A DNA stretch of 47,645 bases from Eremomyces bilateralis CBS 781.70. Its lineage: Eukaryota. This document shows positions 34,103 to 47,645 of the stretch, in pieces (the stretch's first letter is position 1; every line of letters starts with the position of its first letter). Under the pieces are notes generated by a model. That model saw nothing but the letters and a program-made list of their open reading frames with translations. It was not told where the DNA came from and made no database searches. Location of the stretch: assembly GCA_010015585.1 (NCBI GenBank), contig ML975161.1. The stretch is one strand, 5' to 3'. A program made the translations under genes and the position numbers.

Positions 34103-36500
34103 TCAAACGTACGTGAACCCCACGATCCCTGGCCCCCGACTATCGAGCGTATCCATGCTCGCCCGCGGGCTAAACTCTCCATCCGCATCGGCCCCCGCGC
34201 TCTGCGGCGACCACATCGCGCTAACATGCTCCCTCTCCTGCGATATCCGCGCCGTCCCTTCCATCCCCGGAACGTATCGCCGCGTTTCTCCCCCGCCGAC
34301 CCCCCTGTGCGATTCCGGTCTAGAAAATCCGTCGGCGACTGCGCCGCGCTCCCCCGCGTCATCTTCGCCGTACGCAGGCGGCTCGGTTTCCGAGTCGTAG
34401 TCGGAGGCGTCGGTGCGGTAGGGGGGGAGGGTGGTGTTGCGGGAGACGCCGGACAGGCCGGACCAGCCGGAGATGGAGCGGCCGGAGGAGGATCCGTCTG
34501 AGGAGGCACGGGAGCGGACGGGGGAGGAGGAGGTGATGGAGAGGGCGGGGGAGGGGATGGTAATGGGGCGAGGGCGGTGGGCGGAGGAGCGGTAGGGGTT
34601 GGACGAGGTGCCGTGATGAGCGGCTGGTGACATAAATGCGAGATGCGGAGAGATCTGATATGCGGTTTGATGGATGTGATGGGTGGCGGTGGAAGAGGTT
34701 CCCGTAGGTCCCGGGTTAAACCCACAAGATTGGCAGACATCGGTGCGAACCATGCTCGATACCACCTCGTGAGCGATCTGTAGTCCTCGGATTTCGTTTT
34801 GCATCTCCCGCTCGAGCACATTCTCTTGCTGGCGAACCAACTGTGTTTTTTCTTCGTAATTCATCGTGTCCATTGCTGGATTCTTGCTCGACCTTCGGGA
34901 AAAGCATTTGCGCCATTTCGACGGCTGTTGTGAGAGTGCGGCGGAATGGTATTCTCGTGCCGTGCGCGCCTCTTCTCGACGGGCGGCTCGTTCGGCACGT
35001 TGGCGGGGGGAGCAGCAGCAGCTGCGGAGGAGTCGGAAGATGAAAGCGAGAGTGACGATGGAAAGAAGGATGTGGAGGAGCGTGATGAAGGGATTGCGTT
35101 TGGTGGATGGTTCGGGGTTGCCGAGAACGTGGTAGCCATTGTGGGAGTGGGATGGAGTAGCGCCGGGGACCGCGCATTCGCACCCCTTCTCGCCCTCCAT
35201 GTCAATTTTCTCCGGAGAGCAGTGGCATGGCGGTGGTGGCTGAATGCAGTTTGATTGGGACTCGAGGTCCGTCTGGGCAGCGGGATGATGCATCTTCACG
35301 ACGCCCTCACCGGGTTCCTCGTTGAAATGCCACGAAGGGAGCTTGGTATACAGGACTTGAGCCGCGCCGTGAGCCTTCTGAAGGAAATAGTTGACGTAGC
35401 AACGGATGCTGTCGCAGTCCCTGAGCTCTTCTTCGGCAATTGGGGCGTCCGGCTTCCCTTGGAGTTCGATCCTTCGTCTCTTCTGTTCGATCAAGCGCTG
35501 CAGCAGGGAGAGCTCACGCTCAAGAACCTGAAGGTCTTGAAGATCACGATCTACAGCACTGTTGGAGTCGGAGGGAAGACGTAGGCGGGGTGGAGGAGAG
35601 ATCCAGTCGCTTAGTGGATCGAGAGCGGTCGCCGACGCGGAGGTGAGGATGGGTTTGGGATCGAGTCTAAGCACCTGGGGTCGCTGGGTCTGGTTGAACG
35701 AAAGAGTAAATCCCGAGGACCCTTCAACGGCCTTCCCATTAAATCTATCAATAGCGACCGTGAGGAGCTGCGCAGACGGTGAGGGAGGTTGGTCGGCGGT
35801 GTCGGCCTCAGGGCTCAGGCAATAGAAGGCCCATGAAACGTCAAGATACACGACGTGCAGTTGTGAATGGACGGCGATGGGGACGGAACCTTGGCCGATA
35901 CCAGTGAGGACCAGCGGGGAGGTGGAGACGTCCTCGACACCGGATGTGGCCAGCGAATGTCCGTTGAGGGTGATGTTAGAGTTCGAGCAGACTTGGTCTG
36001 AGGAGGAAACACGAAGGTCGAAGAACTAGACACCTTAGTTTGGGAACACATTGTACAAGGCGCAGTGGCAGGTCGGAATATCAACGGTGAGCTGCCGGTT
36101 GGATGGAACTGGCACAGCCGGGTAGGGAGGGATACATACAACCAATGGATCGTCTCCGTCGTTTCCACTGTTCTCTGGTTCTGGATCGTCTCTACACCAC
36201 GGACACGGAACTGGAAATGCGACTTGTGCGATTGAACCGTCTGTAAAGCATGTTCAGTAAGATCGCGAATGTCTGTGGTGAGGATCCTCGGGGGGTGGTA
36301 CCGTATTGGACAGAGGGGAAGAGTGGTGTGTCAGGGAGAGCAGACGGCGCGCATCCACTGCTCAGATCGTTCCCACGATCTTCCGGCGAAGCAATGCGCC
36401 GAATATGAGTCCTCTGAGCTGCCGAATCTACCCAGCTGTTAAGTGCAGCACCGGTTGCAACGGCAGACACACACACAAGACCGGCGAGCGTGACTCGCAT
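34103..36500 (-). CDS. Uncharacterised single-pass membrane protein with signal peptide (multi-exon)
   Basis: N-terminal MRVTLAGLVCVSAVATGAA. Long last exon with a coiled coil, CDSIRC, a TM segment FITLLHILLSIVTLAFIF, RAERAARREE and cytosolic LPPY/PPAY motifs. Intron boundaries in 35850-36250 not resolved. Confidence 0.75.
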
Positions 36501-38185
36501 GGTCAACTGCTACCTCACTCACGCATGCACCAGCAGCCGCGGGGCGGGAATCAAGCGAAGGAGACGGAAAAGAATGATCTAAGAATGCATGTTTGCGGGG
36601 GTTCCTGAGCACGCGATAAACGGACGTTTCTCCTCAGGTATCACGGCGACGAGGAGGTATGGGGCCGATAGCTTGAGACGCGAAGAAAAGGAAGAAGGTG
36701 GAGAGGTGAGGAATAGGCAACAGGATTCGAGAAGGGAAGAGTTCGGAGCTCTCAGTGAAGACCGAAGAGGGAAAGTCTCCTGGTCTCAAGTGGTCGGGTT
36801 GTCGTCAGCTCCATCAGATCACCATGCAGCGACTTGTCCGGTCAGACTTGTTTAGTGAGTGCTTCCCTCGTATTAATATTGGGGAAGCTAGAGGAATCCG
36901 AACAATTGGTTCCTCACTCAGGCTCTCAAACTGTCACACCATACGGAGTTAAGGACATGCAGACTTGCTTCCTGGATGCTGCTGCGCCTCCACCAAAATC
37001 CGCTTTCCCCGTGTCCTTTTCGGTTCCTGATCCATTCCGTTTGGGGAAAATATCCATGTTTAATGCCCGATGGACCTTGTCAGCACTAAATGCATGCGAG
37101 CGGACGAGACAGAATATAGATGTCCTAAAGAAGTGGTGCAATAAGATCTGGGGCAGCGAAGGATTTTATCTTGATTCTTGGTTCCTCCCTTGCAAACTAT
37201 TAGAATCTAGAATCTCAAATCTGGATGGTGTCGAATGGTGAATTGGCATAGCTGATGCCTCAAGAAATACCCCGAAAGGCTGGAACATTGAATATTTCCG
37301 AATGGAGGACAAGCAGAATCGTCATCCGGATGGGCTGGTGCCTGGATGTCAAGTCGAGGGGGGAACTTATCATGGATGTCACTCCTAAACATATATCCAT
37401 ATGGCGTTCGTGGAGAGAATGGAAATGAGCATCAAGCGTACCGACAACTTAATCAACCCTGACTACAACTTCAAGATCATGCTTCGATAGCAATATTTAA
37501 CCTCGTTCAATTCATCGGCTCGACGTTCAATCTCTTTGAAATATTCTTGATATTGGTTCTGGTACCTGTAGTACCTGCGACCCTATTTTCTTATATCATC
37601 TGATCGAGCACACCAAGCTACCGTGGTATATGATCATCAACATTGTGCTCCTCGCATCCAAGCAAGCCTCCCTTCTCTAAAAAAAAGCCATTAAGGAATC
37701 ATTCGAAAGATGCGATATGCCGGGCCCAAGCCGTACGGATCTATATGCGCACCCTGAACCCCCAGAAAGCGGTCGCTTCGCGCAGTCGCTGGCGGAATGA
37801 ACCGTAACAAAGATGGTAGAACAAGGACATGGCCGTTCCCAAAGGCAGTCGCTGCCAATATCGTATCGTGGGCCGTCGCTAGACGGCTTATCAAAAGCCG
37901 TCGACCTGAAATCCATCGGCGAACAAATGAAACCATGTCGCTGCGAGACAAGAGGCGAAAAACTGCGCGATGGTGCAACGGGACGTCATCGATGACGGGA
38001 GGAAACGTAAGGCGCTCAAAGGACAAAAAAAGTGGCTGGAAAGGGACAGCCATATGCAAAAAGACGGGACGCGGTTGGTGAAGTCTGTGGATGTGCTTTG
38101 AATCATGGGGATCACGAACCGGTCTTCGGGGTAACTCTGACATCCTGCCACGTCGGTGAGGTGGGGTATATCTCACAACATCACC

Positions 38186-40185
38186 TCAAAACATATCGCC
38201 GTGGTGATACTGCTGCTGCGGATGATTTCCCCACGACTTCCCCGGCTTCTTCCTCCTCCCCTCGAGAATCTGCTGCTTCAGCGCCGTCTGCGCCTGTCCC
38301 TCCACCGACGACGACCCATCCTCGCTGATCCCCGGCGTTGCCCCCTCGGAACTGCCTTCGTCCATCATCCCCACCGACCCCGCCCCGCCGAAGCTCCCCA
38401 TGCTGAACCGCCGATAATCGTTCCCGGGCAACGGGGCTGCCGCACCCAGCTTCCGCGACACGGCGTGCGCGAACCCGCCGGAGGAGGCGTGCCGGTGCGC
38501 TCCCGAAAGGGAGGCTGCGGACGATGACCGCGGCATTTTGGCCACTTCGATTCGTTCGTTACTGTCGATGCGGGCGTGCTTCGCCTTGCGCGCCGAGCCG
38601 ACGACGCCGGAGGGAGGCTCAGGTTGGAAGAGGAAGGAAGAGCGCTGACTGTGGATGGCGGGGTCATCGAGGTCGTCATCGTCATCGTCCGTGTCGCTGG
38701 AGGCGGCGAGCCAGGCATGGGATCCGGAGCCGAACCGGTGAGGATTGGTCGCGGTGCTGGAGTGCGAGTTGGTCGAGGCGTGGCTAGGGGAGGCGGGGGT
38801 GGGTTCGGTCTCGGTGCGGGCACGGCCGGATTCGTCGATGACTAGCCGTGTGCGAGGGCGAGGGCGGGGGTTCGATTCAGGGATGGAGGTCAATGCTGCT
38901 TGGGAGAGGTGTTTTAGAGGGGAGGGTTTGCGCGGGATGGAGGTGGTGTCAGGAGGCTGTCGGACGGTGCCGAAACGTTGCTCTTGCACGTGGGAGCGCT
39001 GGATACGGCGGAAGCCACTGTCGGTGTTGCTACGTTGCAGACCAGGACGAGCCATGAACTGCGAGGGATTGGACGACATGTTATGAGGGGCGCGAGAGTG
39101 CTGTTCCCGCGGCTTCCTGGCCGCCTCTCGATCCCGATTCGATTCGCGGGCTTGTTGTTCGTACGGCTGGCGGTTCTCCTGGATGGCACCCATCTGAACA
39201 TAATGCGGTCTAAATCCCGGTGCATCTGAGGCGGTCGACGTACTGACCAACATGTGTGGATGCACACTAACAGGCGGTTGTTGGACGGGTTGGGCCACTG
39301 GCTGTGACGGCATGGCTTGCATCTGGTTGGGGGGCCACATGCCCTGCTGGTGTGCATGGTGGATGGGACTCGACTCTGGAAACGGTTGCTGCGGGATCTG
39401 GAAGACTGGACGTTCTCCAAACGGTTGCCATGAGGCCATGTCGGCACGTTGTGGACTGGCACCGAATGGGTCATCGCTCAGCAGCGACGGAGGCACCTCT
39501 ACGCCATCGGACCGTACATTCTGATCCCAAAAATGCTGCGTGCCATAGGGAGGAGCCGATACTGGCCCAGGGGTTGGGAACTGGAACACATCGGGAGAGA
39601 ACTGAAGAGGGTTGAACTGGAACGGGCTCTCGAATACGGATCCGCCTTGCGGGAAATTCGAATTAGGGGTCGTGATGTTTCGTTGTGCGCTGGCGGCATG
39701 CAATGGTGTGGCAGGCGGTACCATCTGGCCTCCTGGATCTCTCCGACGGGTGGATGAATCCCTTGTGGGTGGGGGCGTCTGAACCTGAAACGGGTTCATG
39801 TTAGACGGTCGAACTGCCTGGACTGCCGAGGACGGCCGTAGTTGATTCGACTGGGATACTGGGGATATAGGGAACGACGTATGATGCTGGTTCGTCAGAT
39901 CAGGAGTCGAATACGGGTACTGAGAGGCCGACGAGTGGTGCACACTCGAACGCAAGTTGGCGGAGTGGGAATTAGGAGCATAGGGATTCACGGGAGCACC
40001 CTGCTGCTCTGCTATGGCGTTCTCCGGGCGTTGCCCAATCGCTGGCGTATTTCGTGCTTGCACATACGGGGTACCCAGGGCGTCCTGGAAATGCAGGGGA
40101 AAGCGTGCGGGCTTGGGGGTGTCGAAGGTTGAAGGGTCGAAGTTCGACTTCGGGGTGGACGATGGACTGGGTAATTGCCAATCTG
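38186..40185 (-). CDS. Pro/Ser/Gln-rich uncharacterised protein (5' exon not resolved)
   Basis: Open frame of over 650 codons from DWQLPSPSSTPKS through QTPPPT, QFSPDVFQFP, LQRSNTDSG and RTRLVIDESGRARTE. Resembles the disordered part of a conserved fungal PHD-protein family, but no PHD finger is visible. Confidence 0.75.
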
Positions 40186-43066
40186 AAAGCCTGACATCTG
40201 GTCAACTCTGGAAAGTCGCACGGAAAGTGGAAGTGCAAGGTGCAAAGTGCAAAGCAAAAAACAATTGTTTGACATGGCGGATATATCAGAAAGTTTGGGT
40301 GGTGCCAGGGTGGAGGGATGGTTTAGGCAAACGGAAATCGGATCACAGGCAGCCGACCCACTTGGAGTGAGACTGGACCTGAGAGGAACCAAGGGAATTG
40401 CATTCTCTCCCCTTGCATTGTTGAGCAAACCAAGGAAAGCATTCGAATGGTTCTAGAAGTCGGGTGGGAAATGGTTCAAGTGTTCATACCCGTAGAACTC
40501 TTGCTGTTCCGTGTTCATAGCAATGTATGTACCAACCGCTTTGACCGGACCCTACTCCCCCAAGTACCGCTGTTGTAGTCGGGATATGAACCACAAATTG
40601 GATGGCTGCAAGTCTGGAGGAGTTGTTTTATATCGTCGGTCGTCTGAGGGAATGTGTAATTCGGATTACAAGCTCGAAGTAAGGTCGAGAGTTTCGAAGG
40701 AAGGTCTGTCGATCGGTCTATGTACTTGAAGCGGTTGTCGCCGTGGAATGCTCTATGGCAAGTATCGGATAGGGAATGGAGTCCAGAGTTGAACAACCCG
40801 CTCATTTGCGAAAATGGCCACGCAATGAACAGAGTAGCGTCTAAAGCAAACTCAGGATCGACTCTGATTGGGACGGAAGTATCAATTAGCACAGCTGAAC
40901 GCCTGAGGGGAACATCGAACACGAGGGCAAAGGAGGTGGTAAAGAGGGACTTGAGACGAGCCAGTCACGAGACTGTCCATCCAGTAGACATCGACGTACC
41001 GAAATAGGCCGCTGAGGCATAGATAGCGAGTCGCTTGGTCGGAGAGACGGTAAAGAAGACATCTTGGAAATTTTCAGGAGCTTAGAAGAGGAGAAGAGGG
41101 CCATGGTGGCATGGACAATTTTTGGGTACAAACATGAAGCCGGGGGGATGCCCGTACTACAGCGGTTCCTGGGACTGGATGGAGAGCCAGTACGGTAAGC
41201 GTTGGGTCTGACTTTACGGGAGTACAGTCAGGTAAGTTAAGTATGTGCGTCACAAACCAGCCTCAGGGATCGGGGGTTTAGTTAACTGAACAAAGTTTGT
41301 AACGTAGATGGATCTCCTAATGTTGGTAGCGTTCAACAATAGCTTGCTGAGGAGTAGGATAAATCAGAGCTCATCTGAACTTCAAGAGATATCCCCAGCC
41401 GTTCCTTCAGCTTGAGAATCAACCGACATTTCCAAGACTTGAAAATAAAGTCTCATCTCTCGAAGTAAGGGCAGCGTATGGTGCAGAAGGAGGAAGGTTG
41501 TATCAAAAGGCGATGGGCACACGACAGGATCCTCCAATCAGGGTGCGGATAGGGGAGAACAATCGTCCAAGCTAAGAAGAAACAAATCGACGCCTTGCTT
41601 CGCATGGCAAGAATCAGCCGGGGGTACCCCTCTATTGGTACAGGAACTACAGGTAGTGTATCAAGCTATTCGAACGGAAATCCAGTTTCGCTGACTGGGC
41701 AGTGGGCACAGATCGGAGATTCATACGGACGCAGGAGACGGGAAAAGATCGCTGCAATCCATGGGTTCCTGGAATTCCCCATCGAACGAGCCCGACGAGC
41801 CAGTGTAAGGCTGGAAGGTCTTGACTTCGACCGGGGGTTAGACACTAAAAGTTCGTATCATCAATCAAGGCCATCAGAATTCAGATGTGGTCATCCGTCA
41901 TGCCTGTCCTTTCTCCTGAAGGCTGAACGCCATTGAGGGCTCTGCATTCCAGAGCTTGCAAGCCATGGTGAACCTGCGATCGGTTGGAAGGTGGCGAATT
42001 TGTGATAGGTTATCTGCTGGTTCTCCCTTCCCATACCCAGAGTGTCCAGCTCGGATGAACCAGAATTGCCTTGATACGGCCCGGAGTTTGTTTGAAGGAT
42101 CCGTAGGGGCTAGATGGAATTGGGAAAGGTGAGGGGTTAGGCGATATAAACGGGCGCTTACCAGCCTATCAACCCCAACCCTTCGGTTTCGCTCTCGGCT
42201 GAGCATCTCGATCTCCTTGGAAGCTGTAACCAGACGCAATTGTCCTTTCCAATAGTCGAGCTCCTTATGAATGCCCCTTTCTATCCAATTCCAGGGCAGA
42301 TATTTCACAGCTGCACGACACCTCAGCAAGCTACCGTAGCAACCAAGCTACCGTAGCAGGATGTCCCACCGTCGGAGCCGGAACAGAGCAAACCGTGGGG
42401 ACGAAACAAATTTCTCTCCATGCCCCTCCGACCTAAGCTGCCAATGACATAGCATGGAACGATCGATTCTCGCCGGCAATTTTGAGGCCGGTTCTCTCCT
42501 GGATCAGAATTCAGACCTTCACATCGGTTGCCCTTCAGGCTTCAGTTGCACTATGTAAATTGCACAAGTTAGGGACGATCGGACGACAGCCGTGTGTCCT
42601 GGATAGATATGGAATCGGCGTCCGCGAAAGCGAGGAGTTCTGCCAAATATCCTTCTCGAACTCCGATGTCCTTCGTCTTCGGCCGCTAAAATAGATGACA
42701 TCCTTCCACCGTTCGCAAACAAGCACCCCGAAGCACGGAGCGAAGAGAATTGTCTGCAGACAGCATGGCTCAAGAGTTAAGACCAGCCAGTAAACTAATA
42801 TTAATATGTCCCGAGCTGTGGATATTTAATACTAGATCTACACTGAGAGCTCGGCTAGGGGCTAATTACTGGACATAAGTAAGCTCACTACCGCCTTATA
42901 CATTATTACTCAGCAGAGATTGGCTTAACCCGGAACTCCGAGTACAAACTTTGTAACTTCGCGATTACAGATCACCCCTTCACTCCTAAAGTCCTAATTA
43001 GGTGCTTAATAGCCAAGACCCTTACTACTTACTCCGAACTCATTAATGTAATCTACTCAAGAAGTC

Positions 43067-44561
43067 ATGGAGAAAATTAGATGCTCTCAATGCGACAAGT
43101 CCTTCAGCCAAAGTACGTAGTCGGCCACACCCTCCGGTCACCAGGATTGACACCAACTGTGCAGCGTCATCCCTTGTTCGACACATTAGAAACAAAAAAT
43201 GCGAGAAAGGCTCAGTCGTCATTCGTCAGAAATCCTGTCAGAAATGCTCGGATTCGAAAACGAAATGCGATTTACGGAGACCAATATGCAGTCGTTGTTC
43301 ACTAAGAAGCCTTACCTGCCAATACCCCAGGTCCGACGATACAAGCTCGAACAGCAACTCGGATTCCCGTGAAGTTGTCTTTTTTGATACCTCCACTAAA
43401 GCCACTCCTCTAGACCAATTTCTGGACAATCCTTCGCTATCTGCCAGTCCCCGAACTTTGACGCAAAGAGCAATAGACAACCACACATCTAATACGTTGT
43501 TTGATATTGTACACGGAACAATAGGCGACTTCGAAGATTTCTGTACCCCTTGGACAATCGGCCATTCAATTCCAGACCCCATTTTCCAGCCGGATCTCTC
43601 ATTGATGCCGTCGATCACGACCAGGCCAGTTCTGGCGACGCACAGCATGCAAACCTTGTTTCGTTGTCTGCGAACATGGCCCCGTATGATAGCTAAGGGC
43701 ATCTTGTCTCCGCCAATTATCCACGATACAGTGACACCAGAACGTCTTATGCCAACGGCTTTGGCCAGATGCTATACCTTGACCAAAATGTGGGATGGAC
43801 AGTCTCCTGGAACAAGCTTCATGGTGCTGGAAGCAGTTAAAAATGAAATTCAAACCCTGGTCGATACAGTAAGGTGGCTCTATGTTTCCATGTCCGATTG
43901 TTCTGACCTGTATTAGTATCAAGCCCTAACGGAAGACAATCTCATTCCAGCCCTCCAAGCCCTCGTAATTTACACCATTATTTTGCTCTTTCCTTCCAAA
44001 TCTCAACGCTCCGTCACATTGCTCCCCGAGTCCCTATTTCGTGATCTCAGGAACGTCGTCTACCACAGCGTCACTACTGGCCTCATCTTACCAGAAGAAT
44101 CCACCCACGAGCGTCCAACCTGGTCGTCCTGGATCCATGTGTCATCCAAACGTCGTGCAATCTTCGCTTTGTATCTTATCCACTGGTCTTACTCGGTTTA
44201 CCATTGCCTGCCGAGCTATGACTGTAAAGATTTGGGCATGATGCCCGCACCAGCGGCGGGGTATCTTTGGCATGCCAGAAACCAGGAGGAATGGGAAAAG
44301 CTCTACTTGAAATGGCTGGTGATGTGGGATGGGAAAGAATATATGCAGTGGGAGTACTTTACCATTCAGTCTGGGGTGGGTCTGGATGGACGAGCCCAGC
44401 TGTGGTTAGAGGACGCGGATGAATTTGGTATCATGTTCATGAGCATTGGTAAGGCAATTTCCTGGATATCATGACGGCTTGCGAACCAAAACTAATGCCG
44501 GTCGGTTGTAGTCAATGCGACTGATAGAGAACCCAGATTTGAAGCCGAGCATCTATCTTAA
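43067..44561 (+). CDS. C2H2-like + Zn(II)2Cys6 transcription factor (4 exons)
   Basis: MEKIRCSQCDKSFSQ|TSSLVRH..RQKSCQKCSDSKTKCDLRRPICSRCSLRSLTCQYP, PPIIH, RPTWSSWIHVSSKRR, MPAPA, DEFGIMFM. Three GT-AG introns. Confidence 0.9.
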
Positions 44562-44609
44562 GGTATCACCGAACTCCTTAGCTCGAAACCATATCTACGT
44601 CTCATTCGT

Positions 44610-45745
44610 CTATCTCTCCGCATCGACAAGTTCAAGGTATTGCTCAAACACACCCTTCATCATTTCCTCAAATGTCGAAAACTTCCAGCCAAAAACCTGC
44701 TCGGTTTCTCGAGCATCGACCCTCCACGTCATAGTTGGCAACGTTCCACCCAACGGCATCTCTTCGCTTCCCACTCGGTCTGGAAAATACTTCTTAGCCA
44801 CTTCATTCATGGAATCCCACACTATTCCCTCTGGTGACTCGGCACAAAGAGTATAATCAACATTCCCAGGAATCGACGGGTTGATGGCCTCGACTTGCGC
44901 TCTCGCTACATCGGTTAGATCGACTGGAACGCCAACCATGGAATCGGTTCGCTTTTCTCCGAGGATAGGGGACAGTCTCAACGCCCATTGATTCGTATGA
45001 TTCCTCAGATCCGCTGTGCTCGATGCACGATCATCCGAGCCCATAACAACGCCAGGGAGCATTTGAATTGTCTCGAAGTGCGGTTTACGAGTCTCAACGA
45101 AGTCATGCACAGCGTTGCGGGCAAGTGCTTTTGAAGTCCAGTACGCTTCCATGGGAAGTGAGACTGAACGGCGTGGATTGAGATTGCGATCTTTGGCCGT
45201 ATAAATCCGACCCTCAGGTTTGGCGAACCATTCAAAGGGAATTAGAGTGGTCATCGAGGATGTAATGATCAATCTCTTTATGGTAGGCACTTTGATCGCA
45301 GAATTGAGGAGAGAAGTAATCATTCCGACAGCTGGACTAATGATGTTGCGTTCATAGTCGTCGGCCTTTTCTGTTGAATTAGCATGTAGAAACAATCTCA
45401 AGGCAACCTCGAAAGTATTCGCTTACCGCTCTATCTAAAGGGCTAGCAATATGCAAAATAGCCATAACATCCACAAGGACATGGTCCAACGCGCCGTCCT
45501 TGGTCAAATCTGGCACGACCGCAAACTCCAGTCTGTCCGTATGTGGAACAATCTTGACATGAGTCTTCAATTTCTGAGCTTGCTCAGGTTTCCGTATGAC
45601 TGCTCGCACGGTATGTCCAGCTTCGAGGGCTAACAGGAGTGTTTTGAACCCAATGAACCCCGTTGCTCCCGTGATCTACACATGGGTTAACTATGGCTGT
45701 ATCAACGTAGTACGCCGTGAGACATACTAAAACTATTTCTTGCAT
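44610..45745 (-). CDS. NAD(P)-dependent epimerase/dehydratase-family ketoreductase (aldehyde reductase II/Gre2-like)
   Basis: MQEIVL|ITGATGFIG, ILHIASPL, IKRLIITSS, AYWTSKALA (YxxxK), VDLTDVARA. Two introns. Confidence 0.9.
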
Positions 45746-46157
45746 ATTTGAAATATCTGAAAGGTTGGTTTGGCTGGTTTTATTTGATGACAGTGAAAGA
45801 TAAAGCAATTAACAATGCTGCTCAAAGTTGACTGGAGAGAGCATATAAATACTACCTAAGCTAGTTCTCGGGCTTTAGGGTTCAGCCCATAAAACCTGAA
45901 TCCCGAAATACCTATCTTAGCATAATTGGACTCACCTAAGAGTCCGCCTCACGATGAGTAAGATTAATAAGCGCCATTTTAAATGAGATACAGATATTTG
46001 AAGGTCCTGAAGCATGATGCCGTGCATGGTGGTGGGAAAACCTATATATCCTCTCACCTTTGATTGAAGTTCATTGAGCATTCTAACCAAAATCATATTC
46101 GGCATTATAACTACCCTATTGTTCCTTTCATCTCCGGTCCCCAACACAAGCTCAGCA

Positions 46158-47153
46158 ATGGGGAAATTAATGATATACGGTGCCACTGGCTACACCGGCC
46201 GCCTTGCGAGCGAACATGCAAAGAGCATCGGCCTTGACTTCATCCTCGCCGGCCGAACCACTCAGAAACTCCAAGACCTCGCCTACTCCCTCAGCCTCTC
46301 ATACCAGACCTTTGATGTACATGACAGCGTTGCGCACGTCGATTCCGCCTTGAAAGATATCGAGGTCTTTCTCAACTGCGCCGGCCCGTTTCATCGCACG
46401 GCCAAGCCCCTCATGGAAGCCTGTATCCGCAATGGTGTGCACTATCTCGACATTGCTGCCGAACTGGAGAGTTACGAGCGTGCCGAGGAATTGGGTCAAG
46501 AGGCCAAAAAGGCGAAGGTCATGCTTATGCCCGGTTGTGGCGGCAGCGTCGCAATGCTCGGCTGCTTGGCTACGCATGTCCTGGAACAGATGGACTCCTC
46601 CGCCAGCAGCATCGATATCGCACTGCACGTCTCGGGTCAAATGTCGAGGGGGTCGGCCATCAGCGCCCAGGAGGGAGCCATGGTGACAGAACGTCAGGAC
46701 ATTGGTGGGAAGATGGTGCATCAGGATACTGCAAGCGAACAGGAGTTCGATTTCGGCGACGGCAGAGGACGTGTGATGTGCTTTCCGATCAAGTTGCCTG
46801 ACCTGATAACAATATCGAAGGCCACAGGAGTTTCCGCTGTCCGCACATTTGCCCATGTATCTGGGGCTGCCTTCCCAACTGGAGATCTCATGGAGTTACC
46901 AAGTGGTCCAACTGCTGAGGAGCGAGAGGCAAATCCGTACCACGCTGCTGTCGACATCACGGCTGAGGATGAAACAGTCAGACACGCAGTCCTTCACACA
47001 GTGAATGGATACTCATTCACCTCGATTGCTTCCATTGAGGCTGCCGTGCAAGTACTGGCTGGTAAATTTCTTCCCGGGTTTCAGACGCCAGTGGAGGTAT
47101 TTGGCAGTGGCTTTGTGGAGTGTATTAAAGGATCTACCATTGCAAATTGTTAG
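46158..47153 (+). CDS. Saccharopine dehydrogenase-like oxidoreductase
   Basis: MGKLMIYGATGYTG, ILAGR, LNCAGPF, ACIRNGVHYLDIAAE, SRGS, NGYSFT, GFQTP. Intronless. Confidence 0.92.
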   Translation: MGKLMIYGATGYTGRLASEHAKSIGLDFILAGRTTQKLQDLAYSLSLSYQTFDVHDSVAHVDSALKDIEVFLNCAGPFHRTAKPLMEACIRNGVHYLDIAAELESYERAEELGQEAKKAKVMLMPGCGGSVAMLGCLATHVLEQMDSSASSIDIALHVSGQMSRGSAISAQEGAMVTERQDIGGKMVHQDTASEQEFDFGDGRGRVMCFPIKLPDLITISKATGVSAVRTFAHVSGAAFPTGDLMELPSGPTAEEREANPYHAAVDITAEDETVRHAVLHTVNGYSFTSIASIEAAVQVLAGKFLPGFQTPVEVFGSGFVECIKGSTIANC

Positions 47154-47524
47154 AAGGGAGCTTCAGACCAGCAGTCTCAATTTTTAGATAGATAGTCATA
47201 CGCAAGAGGTCGAAATACCTTCCCAGCAAACAGAATCAAGCCTTATCTTAGCGTCATCGCGGTATCTCTTGGTCACGACCGGGTTTCGGAGACCAGAAGG
47301 CAGTACTCGACAGACATCTGGCGGTTGCGAAATGTGAGAGAACGCTTGGCGTTTTTTTGAGTGTGTGTGTGTCCCGCCCGCAATTCCACCAGAAAACGCG
47401 ATATCGCCCATTTTATGACCACAACGCGCTGAATTCGGGGCTCAAATGTCTGAAATGTATATATTCCTAGAGAACTAATATAGTTTAAATTACTGACGCG
47501 ATTTTAGCCAGCCTTTAGAGCTGC

Positions 47525-47645
47525 AGTATGACTACCATGGCGTAGAAGACACGAAACGCGCTCAATGCATTAGATATTTCCTCCTAGGTTGGTCACCACA
47601 AGCTATTGCAGCGGAAACTGGCCTAGGAGTTTCTACTATCTACCG
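47525..47645 (+). mobile_element. Possible N-terminal helix-turn-helix of a Tc1/mariner (IS630-like) transposase, truncated by the window edge
   Basis: KRAQCIRYFLLGWSPQAIAAETGLGVSTIYR has the G.S...IA...G...STIYR HTH pattern. No start codon or TIR identified. Confidence 0.4.

Noticed and set aside
34024..34821. 265-aa Pro-rich ORF and several antisense ORFs
   Set aside because: Alternative frames of the GC-rich last exon of the membrane-protein gene, with no independent motifs.
41300..42780. 143-aa minus ORF and a short direct repeat (caagctaccgtagca x2)
   Set aside because: No recognisable motifs or consistent splice model.

Overview
Eukaryotic DNA from a filamentous ascomycete (GT-AG introns with CTRAC branch sites, Zn2Cys6 regulators, RIP-like G>A/C>T damage), with two assembly gaps (15098-15962, 20091-20196). 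The left ~31 kb is an accessory, immunity- and transposon-rich region. It holds a kinase fused to seven near-identical WD40 repeats, an ABM/TF/SDR mini-cluster, remnants of HET, PNP and NB-ARC genes, MITEs, a probable solo LTR, MULE/PIF1/RecQ relics and two C2H2 genes. The best candidate system is a head-to-head pair: a stand-alone PNP_UDP nucleosidase (11050-12111, minus) and a NACHT-(WD40) NLR (13055-16226, plus). The NLR has no N-terminal effector domain, only a 34-aa first exon. That exon aligns without gaps to the PNP C-terminal tail, suggesting an amyloid-signalling receptor/effector pair. The right ~16 kb looks like ordinary genome: L-2-hydroxyglutarate dehydrogenase, two uncharacterised proteins and a TF/reductase/saccharopine-dehydrogenase-like cluster. 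All gene models were spliced by eye and no database searches were run.
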